A stretch of 64,000 nucleotides of DNA from Octopus vulgaris (GCA_951406725.2 OX597822.1:45942001-46006000), one strand, 5' to 3'. Shown: positions 24,120 through 39,243, counted from the first letter of the stretch. Translations and numbers: made by a program. The notes: a model not told the origin generated them from the letters alone.

Positions 24120-25549
24120 AATCATGTGTTTGTGCGCGCATGCAAGTTTTATTATTTAAACTTTGTAATGCGGCTCTTCTCAATATGCAGACTAAGGGGC
24201 ATAACTTATTTTTGTCTACTAAGAGTTATTGCCCTTGTTATTTCTTTCTCTGTTTTTTCTCATTTTGTCTATAAATGATGTTATGTTTGTGAGTTTTATG
24301 CCGATTAAAAACATATAAACCTGCAGAATCTCTTTTCAAGACATGAAACTTGAATTGACATGCTCAATCAGAGGTTTCTATTGCATCACACATACACACA
24401 ACTCGATAATTTAGACATCATGCTATATATGATTAAAGGCTCTTTAGATGCAGTTGCTAATTTCTGTTTCTTAGACGAGGATGTTCGGAGAGAATAGTCG
24501 TTAAAGTGAGGTGTATAAAGTTCAAGTTGCTATTATCTCTGCTGACAACAAGGGGAGTCTCTTTCCAAGCAAAGGTTAGATTGTACAATGCTTGTGTACA
24601 AACTGATGTTGTTAAGACAAATCGACGTAGGCAGTGAATGCAGAGGACGCGCAAAGGTTGGAGAAAAATATATCTACGATTGTGTAGATGTGAAATGCTA
24701 GTTTGATAAACGTCATGGCGTTAATGGAGAGAAAAACTGGGAATAAAAACTGTGTTGGTGCGTATGTGTAACGTATATGGCTGATGATAGTTGAGTAATG
24801 AAATGCTAGGAGATGCAAATGAAAGGAAACTGGAAGAGCAAGATAATAAGCTAAAGCAGTGAAAGCTGATCTTAAGAAGAAATTTCCACAAGGCACTTTG
24901 TCAACGGTGCTAATGATCCTATAAATCAACAACAACAACAACGATAATGGTTTCAAATTTTGGCCCATGGCCTGAAGTTTCATAAAACTTTTATGTAAGG
25001 CGAAGTTGACTGAGCTAGGATATGAAATCAGTGTGTCAAGGGAGATAACTCAATACTGCAACACTTCATTCTTCGTGGATGACTAATTCTAACAGGCTTC
25101 AGTTTCTTTATCATTCAATCTTTTACTTGTTTCAGTCGTAGGACTGTGGCCATGCTGGAGCACCGCCTTGAAGTGTTCAGTCAAACGAATCGATCACAGT
25201 ACTTCTTTTTTTTTAAAGTGTGGGATATAAAAAGTGTGGCATCGGTCACTTACCAGATCAGTAAGTTGAGAGGATGTAAATAAACCAATGCAGGTTTTCA
25301 AACGGTATTGGAAAACAAACAAACAAACGCACACAGGCGCGGGCGTGATAGACTTCTTTCAGTTTCCGTCTACCAGATCCACTCACAAGACTTTGGTGCT
25401 CCCGGGGCTAGAGGAGAAGACATTTGCCTATAGTGCTGAACCGAAGACCACATGGATGGGAAGCAAGATTCCATATTTATTTATTCCATAACATCAAAGG
25501 TAAAGCCTGTCTCATAATATTTCTAATGGGAAAGTAATATATAACATCT

Positions 25550-25811
25550 GTGACAGTGTTACTCTATCAGACCACCGTCATCACTCTGCAATCATTATAC
25601 TATCTCACTATTCTCTGTTACCATTCCACTATTGTCTTCAACAGCGTCTGCCACCGTTTTCCTATGATTTTAACTATCTCTTCTGTTATTCTATTGTCAC
25701 TATTCGGTCTCTGTTGCCATTCCACTGGCACTCACCATCTGTTGTCATTCTGCTATTCCTCTACAGTCTCAAATAGCATTTTGCTGCCCCTCTGCAACCA
25801 TTCAACTGTCC

Positions 25812-25857
<46 letters not shown>

Positions 25858-26700
25858 TTTTCTGCTAATCCGCTATCCTTCTACTTCTCTGCATCCATTT
25901 TACTGGATGCCCTCTACTGTACCTGCTGTTTTTCAACTCTCATCCTGCAGTCCTTGCCTACAGTTTTCTGTCTCTCTGCAATTTAGGAGGATTTCCAGTC
26001 TCTGTTGCCCACCACCTCTTTTGTCTCTGCTGATATTCTATTGCCTTCTTAGCACATGCTGCCATTCTGCTCTCCTGTTGCAGTCTTTGCTGCTCCTATT
26101 CTACTGTTACACTGCATTTTTAACCCTCCCTTCTGCTGCCATTCCACTTTCACACTGGAGCCCCTGCTTTCAATCTACAGTCTGTTTACAGTTTCCAGCT
26201 ATATCCCGCCAACTTTCTGTAGTCTCTGCTGTCATTCTACTGTCCCTCTACAGTCTTTGCTGTTATTCTACTGATCCTCTGCTGCCATTCTACTGTCTCT
26301 GTTGTCATCCTAGTGATTCTCTACTGCTATTCTACTGTCCTGTACAGTCTCTGCTGATCCCTTGCTCTGTCCCTGTACTGTCTCCGGTGTCATTCTACAT
26401 ATCCTCTTCTGCCATTTTATTGACACATTAGTCTCTACTGCTATTCTACTGTCCCTCTGCACTTCTCTACTGTTATTCCACTGTCCCTGTACAGTCTCTG
26501 CTGTTGTTCTACCGATCCTCTGCTGCCATTCTACTGATTATCTACTGTTATTCTACTTTCCCTGTACTATCTCTGCTACCATTCTACTGATCCTATACTG
26601 CTATCCCTATACAGTCGCTGCTGTTATTCTACTGATTCTCTACTGCCATTCTGCACTTTCTACTGCCATTTTGCTGTCATTCTACTGATACATTACCATA
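25550..26700. repeat. Degenerate minisatellite built from ctctgctgccattctactg(tccctgtacagt) ~21/31-nt units
   Basis: Recurring ctgcc/gttattctactg motif; strong CT bias on the + strand. Confidence 0.8.
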
Positions 26701-27344
26701 TGTGTTTCTCTAACAAGAATTATCTTGACACATATTTCTACAAGAGTGTACCGTAAGCATGGTTCATTGACTTGCCACAAGTGAATGACTGGTACCATTT
26801 GTGTTTTATGCTTCTTTAAAAAAGAGAAAACGCAAACACAGCCGAATACTATTAAGTAATTTTAAATTCTCTGTTCTAGGAATTCAGTGCTTCAGTAATA
26901 ATATCTTTGATCTTGGAAGTTTTGTGGAAGCATGTTGATTACATTGACCCCAGTGCTCAAATGATACATATTTAATCAACCCTGAAAGGATGAAAGACAA
27001 AGTTGACCTGGGTGGAATTTGAACTTGGAACATAAGAATGAACAAAATGTCACTAGGCGTTTTGTTTGGTGTGTTGTCAGTCCTGTCAGCTCACCACCTT
27101 TTCAGGAATAATAATTAATTTTTATTATTTTTAATTCAGGCACCAAATCAGTAATTTTCAATTTAATAAATGGCATTGATCCTAGCATTTTACTAGTATG
27201 TATTGACTCCGTAGCAGTAGTTGACACCAATAACTTGATGGTGGGAAGGACTAAAAAATAGTAATGTATTCAATTGCATGATCTGTTCCTATCACCTATA
27301 ATTCATTGCTGTGTTAATGATGATGATGGTGATGATGATGGTAG

Positions 27345-27375
<31 letters not shown>

Positions 27376-28625
27376 GATGACGACGACTGCACAATGTTTG
27401 TAGATCTGGTTAAATCATGTGTATTGTAGTAAAACTGGTATAGTTAGCATATAACTAGGTGGACAGGATAGGATGATTAACTTTATATATATATATAAGG
27501 ATGATCTGGAAACTTGATTGATGAGAGAAGGCTGCGAATGACCCATCCTTGTTTTTTTCCTGTCTGTCCTTGTATCATCTATCAGTCTGGTTGTTTTATC
27601 GTTCTTGTTCCATTTTTTTGATTTATATATAGAGTGGTGTACGTACACTTCTGCTCACCTTGTAAGTATCCATGTTTGTTTTTGTTTGGTTTCCTTGTAT
27701 ATCTCCACTGTCCTGTTTTTGTTCCCAACTTTGACCCTCCATAAATCCCAAATTTTATTTTGGTACTTATGGGAGCAACTGTCTTCAAATACTCATATTG
27801 TTGTTCAATGCTTGAAATGAGGAGTAAATGGACAGCCGACAACTGATGAAGGGTCGTTCTTTGTGTTACTTGTTCTGTTTCCCATTTGTTTCCGTATTTC
27901 ATGTTGTTTACTGTTGGTGACATCCTGTACACCTATATATGCATGTGTGTGTGTGTGTGTATGCATATATGTGTATGTGTGTGTATGTGTATATATATGC
28001 ATATATATAATATAAATGATATATATATATATATGTATATAAATATATGCATATATACATACATATATGTACATACTTATATCTATATGTATAAATATAT
28101 ATATATATGTGTGTGTATGTGGGCAGAGGATGTCACAAAATGTGTACAACAAAAAATACGAAGCACGAGTACATGGAACATGAACTATTCTTTCAAATAA
28201 TGAAAGACACAAATGGAAAACAAAACAAACAACCTAAAGAACGACCCTTCGTCAGTTATTGGCCGTTTTTCTAGTCTCATATTTTGAGCATTTAACAACA
28301 ATATATGCTTTTGACAAAACAGTTGCTCCCGCAAAGCAAATTAAATGAAATTTGGGATTTCACAGAGGGTCAAAATAAATAACACAAACAAGACAGTGAA
28401 AACAAACAGGAAGGGCTTATAAGCCTAAATGAGGTTGTGGTGGCAAACGCATAAATCAAGCTAGGACAAGAGACAAACAAGAACATGTCTTCCCTGTTCC
28501 AGCTACAACGGAGAGAAAGAAAGATGGATGGATGGCTGATGGTCACATGGTACCATGTGAGTAAGGGAGAGAGAGTGACAGAGTAATAGGATAGAATAGT
28601 GAGAGAAGAGGAGAAACTCTTCCAA

Positions 28626-28684
<59 letters not shown>

Positions 28685-30189
28685 AAGCATGGTTGTGTGT
28701 TTGAGAAGCTTACTTTGCAACCATGAGCTTTCAGGTTCAGTTCCACCGTGTGGTACCTTGGGCAAGTGTCTTCTATTATAGCCCTGGATCAATTTATTAT
28801 GAGTGAATTTCTTAGACAGGAGGAAGCCTGTCATAAATAATTGTATATATGTGTGTATTTGAGTATATATATCTCCTCCACCAACACTTGACAAACGGTG
28901 TTGGTTTGTGTAGGGCCAATTCCACTTAAGGTTCATAGTCTTGCAAGCTGCATGGCATCCTCCCTTGTTCTGGTGGCACACAAAAAACCCCACCCACTAC
29001 AGTGGTAAAGCATTGGGCATTAGAAAGAGTATCCAGCCATGGAAGCCATATCAAAACAGATGCTGGAGCACAATGTAGTCCTTGAGCTCATTGGATCCTG
29101 TCAGGTTCCTACAGTGTCATATGGATGTTGTTAATGAATGGGGTGAATAGGAGTTTCTCAAGTGGCACATAAAAAGCACCATTTGAGCATGATCGTTACC
29201 AGTGTCACCTTACTGACACTTGTGCCGGTGGCATGTGAAAAAGCATTCAGGCGAGGTCATTACCAGTGCTGCTGGACTGGCTCCTGTGCAGGTGACACGT
29301 AAAAAACACCATTTGAGCGTGGCCGTTGCCAGTACTGCCTGACTGGTCCTCGTGCCGGTGGCACATAAAAGCACCCACTACACTCTTGGAGTGGTTGGTG
29401 TGAAGAAGGGCATCTAGCTGTAGAAACACTGCCAGATCAGATTGGAGCCTGGTGCAGCCATCTGGTTTGCCAGTCCTCAGTCAAATCGTCCAACCCATGC
29501 TAGCATGGAAAGCTGATGCTAAACGAGGATGATGATGATGATGTTTGTTGTTTACTCAGACAGCAGCAACAATTGCAATTAAAAAAAAATTGCCTATTTC
29601 AAATACTTTTTCTAGAGGTGGTCATTGTTGTATACCATCCCACGGTCCAATACTTTTTATGGTGTGGGGACCTGTGTGGTTCAGTGATCCTGAGAGGTAT
29701 ACCAGCAGAGCACAAGTTCCTGGTAGGGCTTCCCATACAGGACAAGTCAAAGGACTTCGGCCAGACTTATATGGACCACGTCTGCCCAGAGGTAAAAATA
29801 GGTTTGCATAGGACCAACACTTCTATGCAGAAAAAACCCACAAAGTTACAGAAGCATTAATGACAAAACAAAACCAACAAGACTGGGGAGAAAAGGCCTT
29901 CTTTCAGGGAATTGAGGAAATGAGATGATGAAAGGAAGAACAGGTCCTGAAGCACAAGTGGGGATGGATAGGCCATCCCTCAAGGGAAGCAACATCTTGC
30001 ATTACATGTCAGGCCCTGATCTGACCTGAAACCCACAAGAGAGGTGGAACAAAGGATGATCTAAAAATAGCTGAAGGCAGGATACTGAGACAGAGCTGAA
30101 AAAGTAGGGATCCAATTCAAGAAAAGCAGAAAAGACAGCCCTTAGTCAAAAACAGGGGAGAAGAGTCACTGATGGTGTTTGCTTTACAA

Positions 30190-30856
30190 TCGTGGTTCTC
30201 AAATGGGGCCCATGCAAGCAAAATAGTAAACTGAGGATCCACAATATTATTTTAAGGGTCCGTGAAAAGATTTTGTGCTAGATGTATTTATGTGTTGCAG
30301 GAAACAGTTTGGTTTCTTTCTCTAATATTTATATAATTTAAGTGGAGGTGCCCAGCGGTTAGAGCAGCGGACTCGCTGTCGTAGGATCGCGGTTTCAATT
30401 CTATGACTGGGCGTTGTGAGTGTTTATTGAGTGAAAACACCTAAACCTCCATGTGGCGCTGGCAGGAGGTGGTGGCAAACCCTGCTGTACTCTTTCACCA
30501 CAACTTTCTCTCATTCTATCTTCCTCTTTCTGTTGTACTTGTATTTCAAAGGGGCCAGCCTTGTCACACTCTGTGTCACACTGAATCTCTGAGAACTACG
30601 TTAATGGTACACATGTCTGTGGAGTGCTCAGCCACTTGCACATCAATTTCACAAGCAAGCTGTTCCATTGATTGGATCAACTGGAACCCTCGTCGTTGTA
30701 ACCGACGGAGTGCCACGATATAATTTAACATTTCCAGTCAAACCTACACAAATGAACATGTGAAAAAAAATGGAAAATTTGAACAAAGTAGCTGTAAAAC
30801 TAGCATAAAATAGCAATCAAAGGGGTCCACAGGCAAAAAATAGTTGAGAACCCTTT
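30190..30856. mobile_element. hAT-like MITE with a nested family A SINE
   Basis: Termini gtggttctcaaa / gttgagaaccc. A similar class of element is at 49270-49630 (cagtagttcccaaa / ttaggaaccactg). Confidence 0.6.
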
Positions 30857-33800
30857 CTCTACAAGGTGTGAGGGGTTTAAGTAAGGGAGTAAGAGTTGTT
30901 GTTGTTGCTGTTTAGCTCCAGGTCAACACTGATAATGCAGGTTTATGGTTAAAGGGGTTTCAGACTTGATTATTCTGTCTGTCTAAGGGTATCAAGGATT
31001 ACTTAATTCAACTTATGTGCACTTTCCTTCTATAAGTCACAGTATGATTTGAGGGAAATTTAGCTGATATTTCTAGGAGATTGAACAATCATGTCAGGCT
31101 TCTTGTGGAGATGCAGCAGATTTAATCAACACTCAGTATATCACTGGTATTTGTTTTATAGACTTCAGTGAGATTTGAACTGATAAACAGAACGAGATGC
31201 AATTAAATATTGAGAAGCCAAGTACCTTGAACCTTGAGAGTTCACTCTGACATCTTATCATCCAATTCCATCTACACCGCCTCACCCCACCCCACCCCCT
31301 CGCAGTCGTGGCAGATACGCACCCCAGTGTCATGCAAATGGCACATAAAAGCACCCAGAGTGGTTGGCGTTAAGAAGGGCATCCAGCTGTAGAAAACCAT
31401 GCCAAACTAGACTGAAGTCTGGTACAGCCTTCCAGCATGGACACGGATGTTAAATGATGATGGTGATGATGTTAATAGCCATGTAGCCCCTTAACAACAA
31501 GGAACCTATTCTGTTCCAGCCCTTTTCCCTCAGACATCACACCTCTCTACTCCTTATTCTTCAAACACCACAAGAGCAAGTCCTTATAGCACTAGATTAG
31601 CTTACGTGCTTCACTGATCCTGAAAGCTGTCCCAGTGAAGCACGCGCTCCTAATAGGGTCTCTTGTGCTGGACAGGTCAAAGGATAGAGGTCAGACTTAT
31701 ATGGCAGAGTTTCTACAGCTGGATGCCCTTCCTGTCATCAACCCTCCCATTTCCAGGTAAGGCAATATTTTCTTTAAGACACGTTTTCCATGAAAGACAG
31801 GAAATGAACAACTCTCGCTTGTATGATGATGATGATGCTTATTTACAACCATTATGTGATATCTAGACAAGGGGACACACAGACACAACACATACATACA
31901 CATAAGGCTTCTTTCAGTTTACATCTACCAAATCCATTCACAAGGCTTTGGTCAGTCTGGAGCAATAGTAGAAGACACTGCCCTGCCCTGCCCAAGATGT
32001 GGTAGTGCAGTGGGATTATGGACAACCTTATTGGACTCTCATCAGAGACGTCTACATCAATCTAACCGATCTCTGAGAAACAAGCAGCCAATTTGTTTAT
32101 ATATTCAACAATTACAATAGCTACAGAGGATTGCAGGTACTAATCTGTATACTGTTGGTGTTCACACTCTATTTAATAACAAGGAGCCTCTCAATGAGAA
32201 TCTCAGTCCACACAGTATCAAGGTATGATAACTAATATTTATTACACTATATCTTATACTCTGTGGAGGCACATAGCCTAGTGGTTACAGTAGCAGACTC
32301 GAGGTCGAGGGAACATGGGTTCGAATTTCAGACCGGGCGATGTGTGTGTTTATGAGTGAAACACCTAAGCTCCACATGGCTCTGGCAGAAAGTAATGGTG
32401 AAAGTAAAGGCGGCGATCTAGCAGAATTGTTAGGACACCGGGCAAAATGCTTAGCGGTATTTCGTCTGCCTTTACGTTCTGAGTCGAAATTCCACTGTGG
32501 TCGACTTTGCCTTTCATCCTTTCAGGGTCAATAAATTAAGTACCAGTGACACACTTCAGTCGATGTAATCGACTTAATCCCTTTGTCTGTCCCCTTGTGG
32601 ACAATAAAGAAATAAGAAAGTAATGGTGAACTTCTGCTGACTCTTTCACCACAACTTTCCTAGCTGCTCACCTGTGATGGACCAGTGTCTCATTCAGGTG
32701 GGGAACCTATACACCAAGGAAACTGACCCTTATGATCCAGGCATGGATCAAGAAGGAACAAACAACAGCAACAACATATTATACTTCACCTTTCTGTAAC
32801 CTGAGGGTACACTGATACTTCTTTATGACCATCTTCTGTTCTTTTCAGCTGGGGTAGCCATCTATCTCCTCTATATCAAAAAACTTGTTTCTGTCCCTTT
32901 ATCATACTTTAGCCTCTCATTATCTGGCATTCCCACTCAATGGGGGAGGGTGGTCAGTGGAGGTTCTTGTCTTGCGAGTTCCTTGGTGGCCTCACTGGTG
33001 CTAGAGTCACATAAAAAGCACCTTGTACACTCTATGAAGTGGTTGACATTAGGGAGGACATGCAACTGTAACAACCATGCCAAAGGAGACATTGGAGCTT
33101 GGTGCAGTCCTCTAGCTTAATGGCTCCTGTCAAACTCTCCACCCTCCCAGCATGGACAGGGTGGACAGTAAACGATGATGATTATTATATACAAGATTTA
33201 GAAACCATTTTCCCTCAAATTACACCCATCTTTAAAAAAAAAGGGAAATAAAGACACACTTAATGTATTTCTAGATATATCTAAATAAAAATTAGTTGGG
33301 ATGGTCATAAATAAAACACTTTTGATCACAATTCTGCTGGATCAGGTTAACCTGGGGTTAAATAACAACAATAAAAAGAATATTTTAGAAATGAAAGAAA
33401 TCTCAAATGCAGGAAGAAGAGCTATGAAAACAGGGATGGGTAGAAAAGAGTGACCAGCAAGTTGCAACAGAGAATCTAACTCTAAACCATAATTCTTGCT
33501 GGCTCTGCCCCCTTTTTTTCCCATCTATAAGCAGTATTAGGACAATTACCTCCCTAGGACAACTACCCCCTCTCCAATATATTAACAGGTTTTAAATCAT
33601 CATCTGTCGTCCATGGGGGTTATTGTTCTAGACTCTATTTTACCTGATACTCTGTTTTCACAGCTGTTCTCCAGCATTTGAGATTTCCTTCATTTTTAAA
33701 ATACCAACTCACTCAGCTTTTTTAGTGTTTGTTTATAAAAATGAAAAGAATGTATTTTAGTACAGAACCAGACTTCTTATCCAGCTGTCAGAAATCTAGG

Positions 33801-36406
33801 ATTAATGTGCATTAACATACCATTTTGGAAGTTGGTTGATTTGTTAAACATAGTTCCATTCTTGACTTTTGTGTTTTGATAAAAATTAAACCTACTCAGC
33901 ATTAGAACTGTATTAATTTGTACCTGTTTCTGTTAAATAGAATCATGTTCTTTACTTTGCTTCATTTAATTTTCATCCTATAAACATTATACTGTGTACA
34001 TGGAATAATATAATGTATTTTAAGAATTTGAATCTGTTAAATACAATTTAGCTCTTTACTTTTCATCATTTACTTTATATTTCAACCTTTAGCATGCAGC
34101 AGGTGCATCATGTCAATGTAAGTATTTTCTCCCCTTTCAATGTGACATGATGTGCGTAAGCATGCTAAAGGTTAAGTATACATTTAGACTGTCTCCAGAG
34201 AATCAGAAAATCCAGAAATCCAGTACACTTCCAGCCCCAAGGTCAATAGATAATCAGTCCAGTACTGTACAACATTTGCTGGTGATGAGATCAAATTTTT
34301 GTCTGGTCATTCTTTGACAATGGAAACAGAGGAGACGAAGAGAGGAGGGTGTGTGGGGTTGTTTCAAATAAAAGACCAGTAACATTTGGAGGAAATTCAG
34401 GTTACTGTACCACCATTGTTTCTCTAAGACAAATTTGTGATGTCATAAAGCATTCTACACCAGTGCCTGGTTATTTTCTTCAAGCGAGAAAAAACATAGC
34501 TGTAAACAAAGTGATGATGACAATGATGATGACGATGATGATGATAATTAATTATAATGATATTGATAATTATGATGCTAACTGCAAATATTGTATTCCC
34601 CTATAATATTCTCATTTATTCAAGAAAAATAAATAAATAAAAAAAACAACAAACACCTGTTCTTCACCCCCTCCCTTTTTTTTCCTTTTTTTTTTCTGGG
34701 TCACATTTTGACTTTTGACATTGGCACAATGTAACAAAATTTGTAAAGGAGGTTTTTTTTGGTCTGGTCGGTTGGCCACTTGTTTGAATTGAACCCACAT
34801 CACTGGGCTCGGCTCGTGTCTTTTATTTATTTCATCAAACACCGGAGAGATGAAAGGGGAAAAGTTGATTTCTGATGGGGTTTGAAGTGAATGGGGGGAG
34901 AGAGAGAGAGAGAGAGAGAGAGAGACGAAGTGAGAGAGAGAGAGAGAGTGTGTGTGTGTGTATGTGTGTGTGTGTGTATGTGTGAGAGGGAGGAGTGAGA
35001 GCTAATATGTAAGTACTATGTGGCATATAGGTCGTCTGATACACTTTTGAAGCTTTCATGATGAGTAGTTATACAAGTCAAAGGATGGTGATAATTATAA
35101 TTATGATGATGATGATGACGAGGTTTGTAGAACATAAATGCTTTTCCACCAAAGTATTAGTTACAACATCATAGCTGGGAATTGAAACCAGATCACTGGG
35201 ACTGCAGTGGTCTGCTGAACAACAAACAGCATTCACAGCGAACTGGCTAATGTTGCTGCTGCTGCTGTCGATGATGATGATGTAGCTAGTGGTGGTAATG
35301 ATGATGATGACAAGAGACAAGATAGAAGTGATGCTGACAGCTTCATCAAGACCATTTGCACAACTGGAGAGGACCAATGTTTTGGGAAAGTGGACAATCC
35401 TCCCTTTCTATTTGGCTGTGACAGTAATGGTTAATGGGAAGACAATCACAGCAGACATTGTGGTAGAGCAGGTTTTGTAGACATAGCCAACCCTACTAGG
35501 TGTAATCTTCCAGATGTGCAGTCGCAAAGATCTCACCAAGGGCCAGTGGTAATAAGGTGTAAACTGGTGAAAGGGGGTTTGGACTGATCGATAGAGCCAA
35601 ATGAACTGGATTAGCAGGCTGGATAACAAAAAGAATGGGGAAGATATAAAAAAAAAATGAAACAAAAAAAAAAACGAGGAAAAAGGGGGAAAAGAAGACA
35701 AGAGGAAGAAGAGAGAAAGGTATACAAAGTATATAAAGTTTTCTTGTTCAATTGAAAAGTATATACAGAATCTATCAGTCTTTATCTCAATATGAGAGAA
35801 GATGATTCCAGCCTGCTCCATCGTAACATCTGATCGATTAAAGGTAACAAGGAGATGCGGTGGTACACATCTTTCATCACACGGAATCTGAGAAATATAT
35901 TTTATACATCCTATCAAACGTTTTGTTAAAATCTACATTTGTTGGTGGCAATGGATTAGAGACGGAGATAATTTAGAGTGGCTGGGGGCAAAGTACACAG
36001 TTTTGATGTTATGGAGGAATATCGAGGCAGGAGTGATACAGATTTATGTTGTAGTAGAGTACAGAGGCAAGAGTACCACAGTTTTATGAAGTAGTAGAAT
36101 CCTGAGGCATTTTGACAAAATGGACTATTGAGGCAGGAGTAATACAATTTGGTTAGGAGCAGCTCAGTTTTATGATGTAGTGGAGTGTTGAGGCAGGATA
36201 AAAACAGTTTAATGTTCAAACACAGCCATATAATGTGGGTACGCATGCACTCAAAATGAAATGACTTGAATGAAAAGTATGCTCAATATGAGAGTAGAGT
36301 AAGACATACATATATACATACACATACGTACATATGATGAGTGTGTGTCTGTATAAAGTAGTAAATTGTACATTGATTATACCAATATAATACATATGTG
36401 TATACA

Positions 36407-36444
<38 letters not shown>

Positions 36445-38338
36445 CACACACATATATATATAAATTTCAGGTGATCAAGCAGACTATCAGATGCTGTTAT
36501 ACACCGCTGGTCACAATGTGCTTTGCATTATTTTTGCTTTCAAATGATGCCAGTCCATCACAGGGTTACCCAGTTAATGTTGAGTGAACTGAAGCAATGA
36601 AGTGTTTTGCTCAAGAACACAATGCATTGCTCAATCCAGGAATCAAACTTATGATGGCAAGATTGTGAGCGCAATGCACTTAACCACTAGGCCACACACC
36701 TTCACACACACACACACACACACACACATAATATTGGTATAAAACTTGAGAAACACCAGACAATCTATAACCAGCAAGTGACCTTCCACGAAAGCAGTGA
36801 AACTCGTTAACAAAGCCAATCAAGCAATAGATAATATCAGATCAACGACCGTTTAATGAGCCTCAAAGTCTTTATGGAAGGTCACAGGTCTTATACTGTC
36901 CAAAGAGCACACTGCATTTTCCTTATTCTATCAAGAACACATACAGAGAGAGACAGACAGACGGACAGAGAGTGAGAGAGAGGGAGAGGAAACAAGGAGA
37001 TAGAAACGAGGCAGAGATGGAAAACTTTGACAAAGCAATACATATTTTGAAAGACTCTGATTTCTGAAATAGCCAAATCATCCTACATGTAGAAGAGAAA
37101 TTTGTCTGAAACAGTGAGACAAGGAGGAATCAGAAGACATGACAATATCATTCTCATCATCATTATCACTATTTTAATATCTACTTTTCTAGGCTGGCAT
37201 GTGTTGAACAGAATTTGTTCAGGCAGACTTCTACAGCAGGATGCTCTTCCTGTCGTTAACCCTCACCTATCTCCAAGTAAAGTGAGCGAATATTTCCTCA
37301 TGGCCAGACGTGTTTTTCATCGAAGATTGGAAATAAACAGCATCACTTCTAGGAAGGTGATGCGTATTTACAACCATCACATGATGTCAGGATAAGGACA
37401 ACACATACACAAACAGGCTTCCTTCAGTTTCTGTCTACTAAATCCACTCATAAGGCGCCACACATTAGAACTGAACCCAGAACCATGTGGTTGAGAAGCA
37501 AGCATCTTACCACACAGCCATGTCTGCACCTCTCTCTCTCTAAATATATATATATATTCTTTCATTTGTTTGTCACTTGACTGCGACCATGCTGGAGCAC
37601 TGCCTTTAGCTGAACAAATCAACCCTAGGATTCATTCTTTGTAAGCTTAGTACTTATTCTATCGTTCTCTTTTGTCAAACTGCAAATTTACAGGGGATGT
37701 AAACACACCAACACCGGTGGTGGTGGGACAAACAAACATATACATACATACATATATATATATATACATGATGAGCTTCTTTCTGTTTCCGTCTATCAAA
37801 TCCACTCACAAGGTACCACACAGTGGGACTGAACATGAGACCATGTGATTGGTATGCAAAATACTTACCACGCAGCCACTCCTGCGCTTATATTTATCTT
37901 GTATTTGTTTCACCACCACCTCAAAGAAATTTTAGTCGAGCAAATTGACCCCAGGACTTACATTTTTTTAAAAACTTGGTATTTATTCTATTGGTCTCTT
38001 CTGGTGAACCACTAAGTTGTGGGGATGTAAACTCACAAACATATGTATGATGTAGCAGTGTGCTTTGCAATCACATGGTGTTTGGTTCAATCTCATTGCA
38101 TGCCATCTTGAGCAAGTGTCTTCTACTAAAGCCCTGGGCTGAACAAACCCTTGCAATTTGGTTTGGGAACAGGGAAACTGAAAGAAGCCCATTTTGTATG
38201 TGTGTTTGTGGTCATGGAAAATATTACCTTGTTCGGAAACAGATGAGGGTTGGTAACAGGATAGGGCATTCAGTTATAGAAAATTTGCCTTAACAAATTC
38301 TATCCAACCCATGCAAGCTGATAATTATGATGATGATA

Positions 38339-38375
<37 letters not shown>

Positions 38376-38689
38376 CCTGTAAATATCCGTCTCTCTCCTT
38401 TTTCTTCCCTCATATTCTCTAGAGGTATTGCTTTTATTGTAATTATGGGGGTTTTTTCACCCCTCCACCTGATTTCCTTTTGTAAATTCCTCACATACAC
38501 ACACACACACACATAAAATGAGACACCAACAACAACAAACCAAATACTTAGAAACAGAGAAAGAAGGAGAGAGAGAGAGAGGGGGGGGAAATAGACTGAA
38601 ATAAAAAAAAATATACAAAACACAAATTCCATGAGGATGGTGATGATGATGACGATGATGATGCTGATGACAAAGATAACAAAACCTGA

Positions 38690-39208
38690 TAACAATGGTT
38701 TCAATTTTGGCACAAGGCCAGCAATTACAGGGGGAGGGGGTTGGGGTGGAGGGTTTAGTCGATGACATCAACCCCCCAGCGCATGACTGGCACTTATTTT
38801 ATCACCCCACCCCCACCCCCAAAAGGATGAAAGGAGAAAGTCGACCTCGGTGGAATCTGAACTCAGAACGCAAGCACATACAAAACGCCACCAAGCATTT
38901 CGTCCGGCATGCTACCAATTCTGCCAGCCTGCCGCCTTAATAATAATAATAAGAATACGAATAATAATAAAGGTATCAAATTTTGGCACAAGGCCAGCAA
39001 TTTTAGGGGAAGGAGTCGAGTCGATTACATCGACCATCCCCACCAACCCCACTGCTCAATCAGTACTTATTTTATCGACGACCCCCGAAAAGATGAAAGA
39101 CAAAGTCAAACCTTGGCAGGATTTGAACTTAGAACGCAAAGACAGACAAAACGCGGCCAAGCATTTCGCCCAGCGTGCTAACGGCCCTGCAAACTCACTG
39201 CCTTACTA

Positions 39209-39240
<32 letters not shown>
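38690..39240 (-). mobile_element. Two tandem SINE family C copies in (TAA)n
   Basis: On the minus strand, aaggcggc...ggcagaa...ctgagttcaaat...gaggtcgactttgcctttcatcc. Further copies at 26900-27100, 32405-32618, 51650-52255, 53195-53420, 56980-57195, 57790-57997 and 58540-58750(+). Confidence 0.8.

Positions 39241-39243
<3 letters not shown>

Noticed and set aside
27720-28375. Inverted element pair with CTGA(T/C)GA-agggtc around a microsatellite
   Set aside because: The layout is PLE-like, but I could not place GAAA, stem III and UH consistently, so it is not called an HHR.
32020-32055. Minus-strand CTGATGA-gagtcc
   Set aside because: Truncated by a SINE; no GAAA or stem III.
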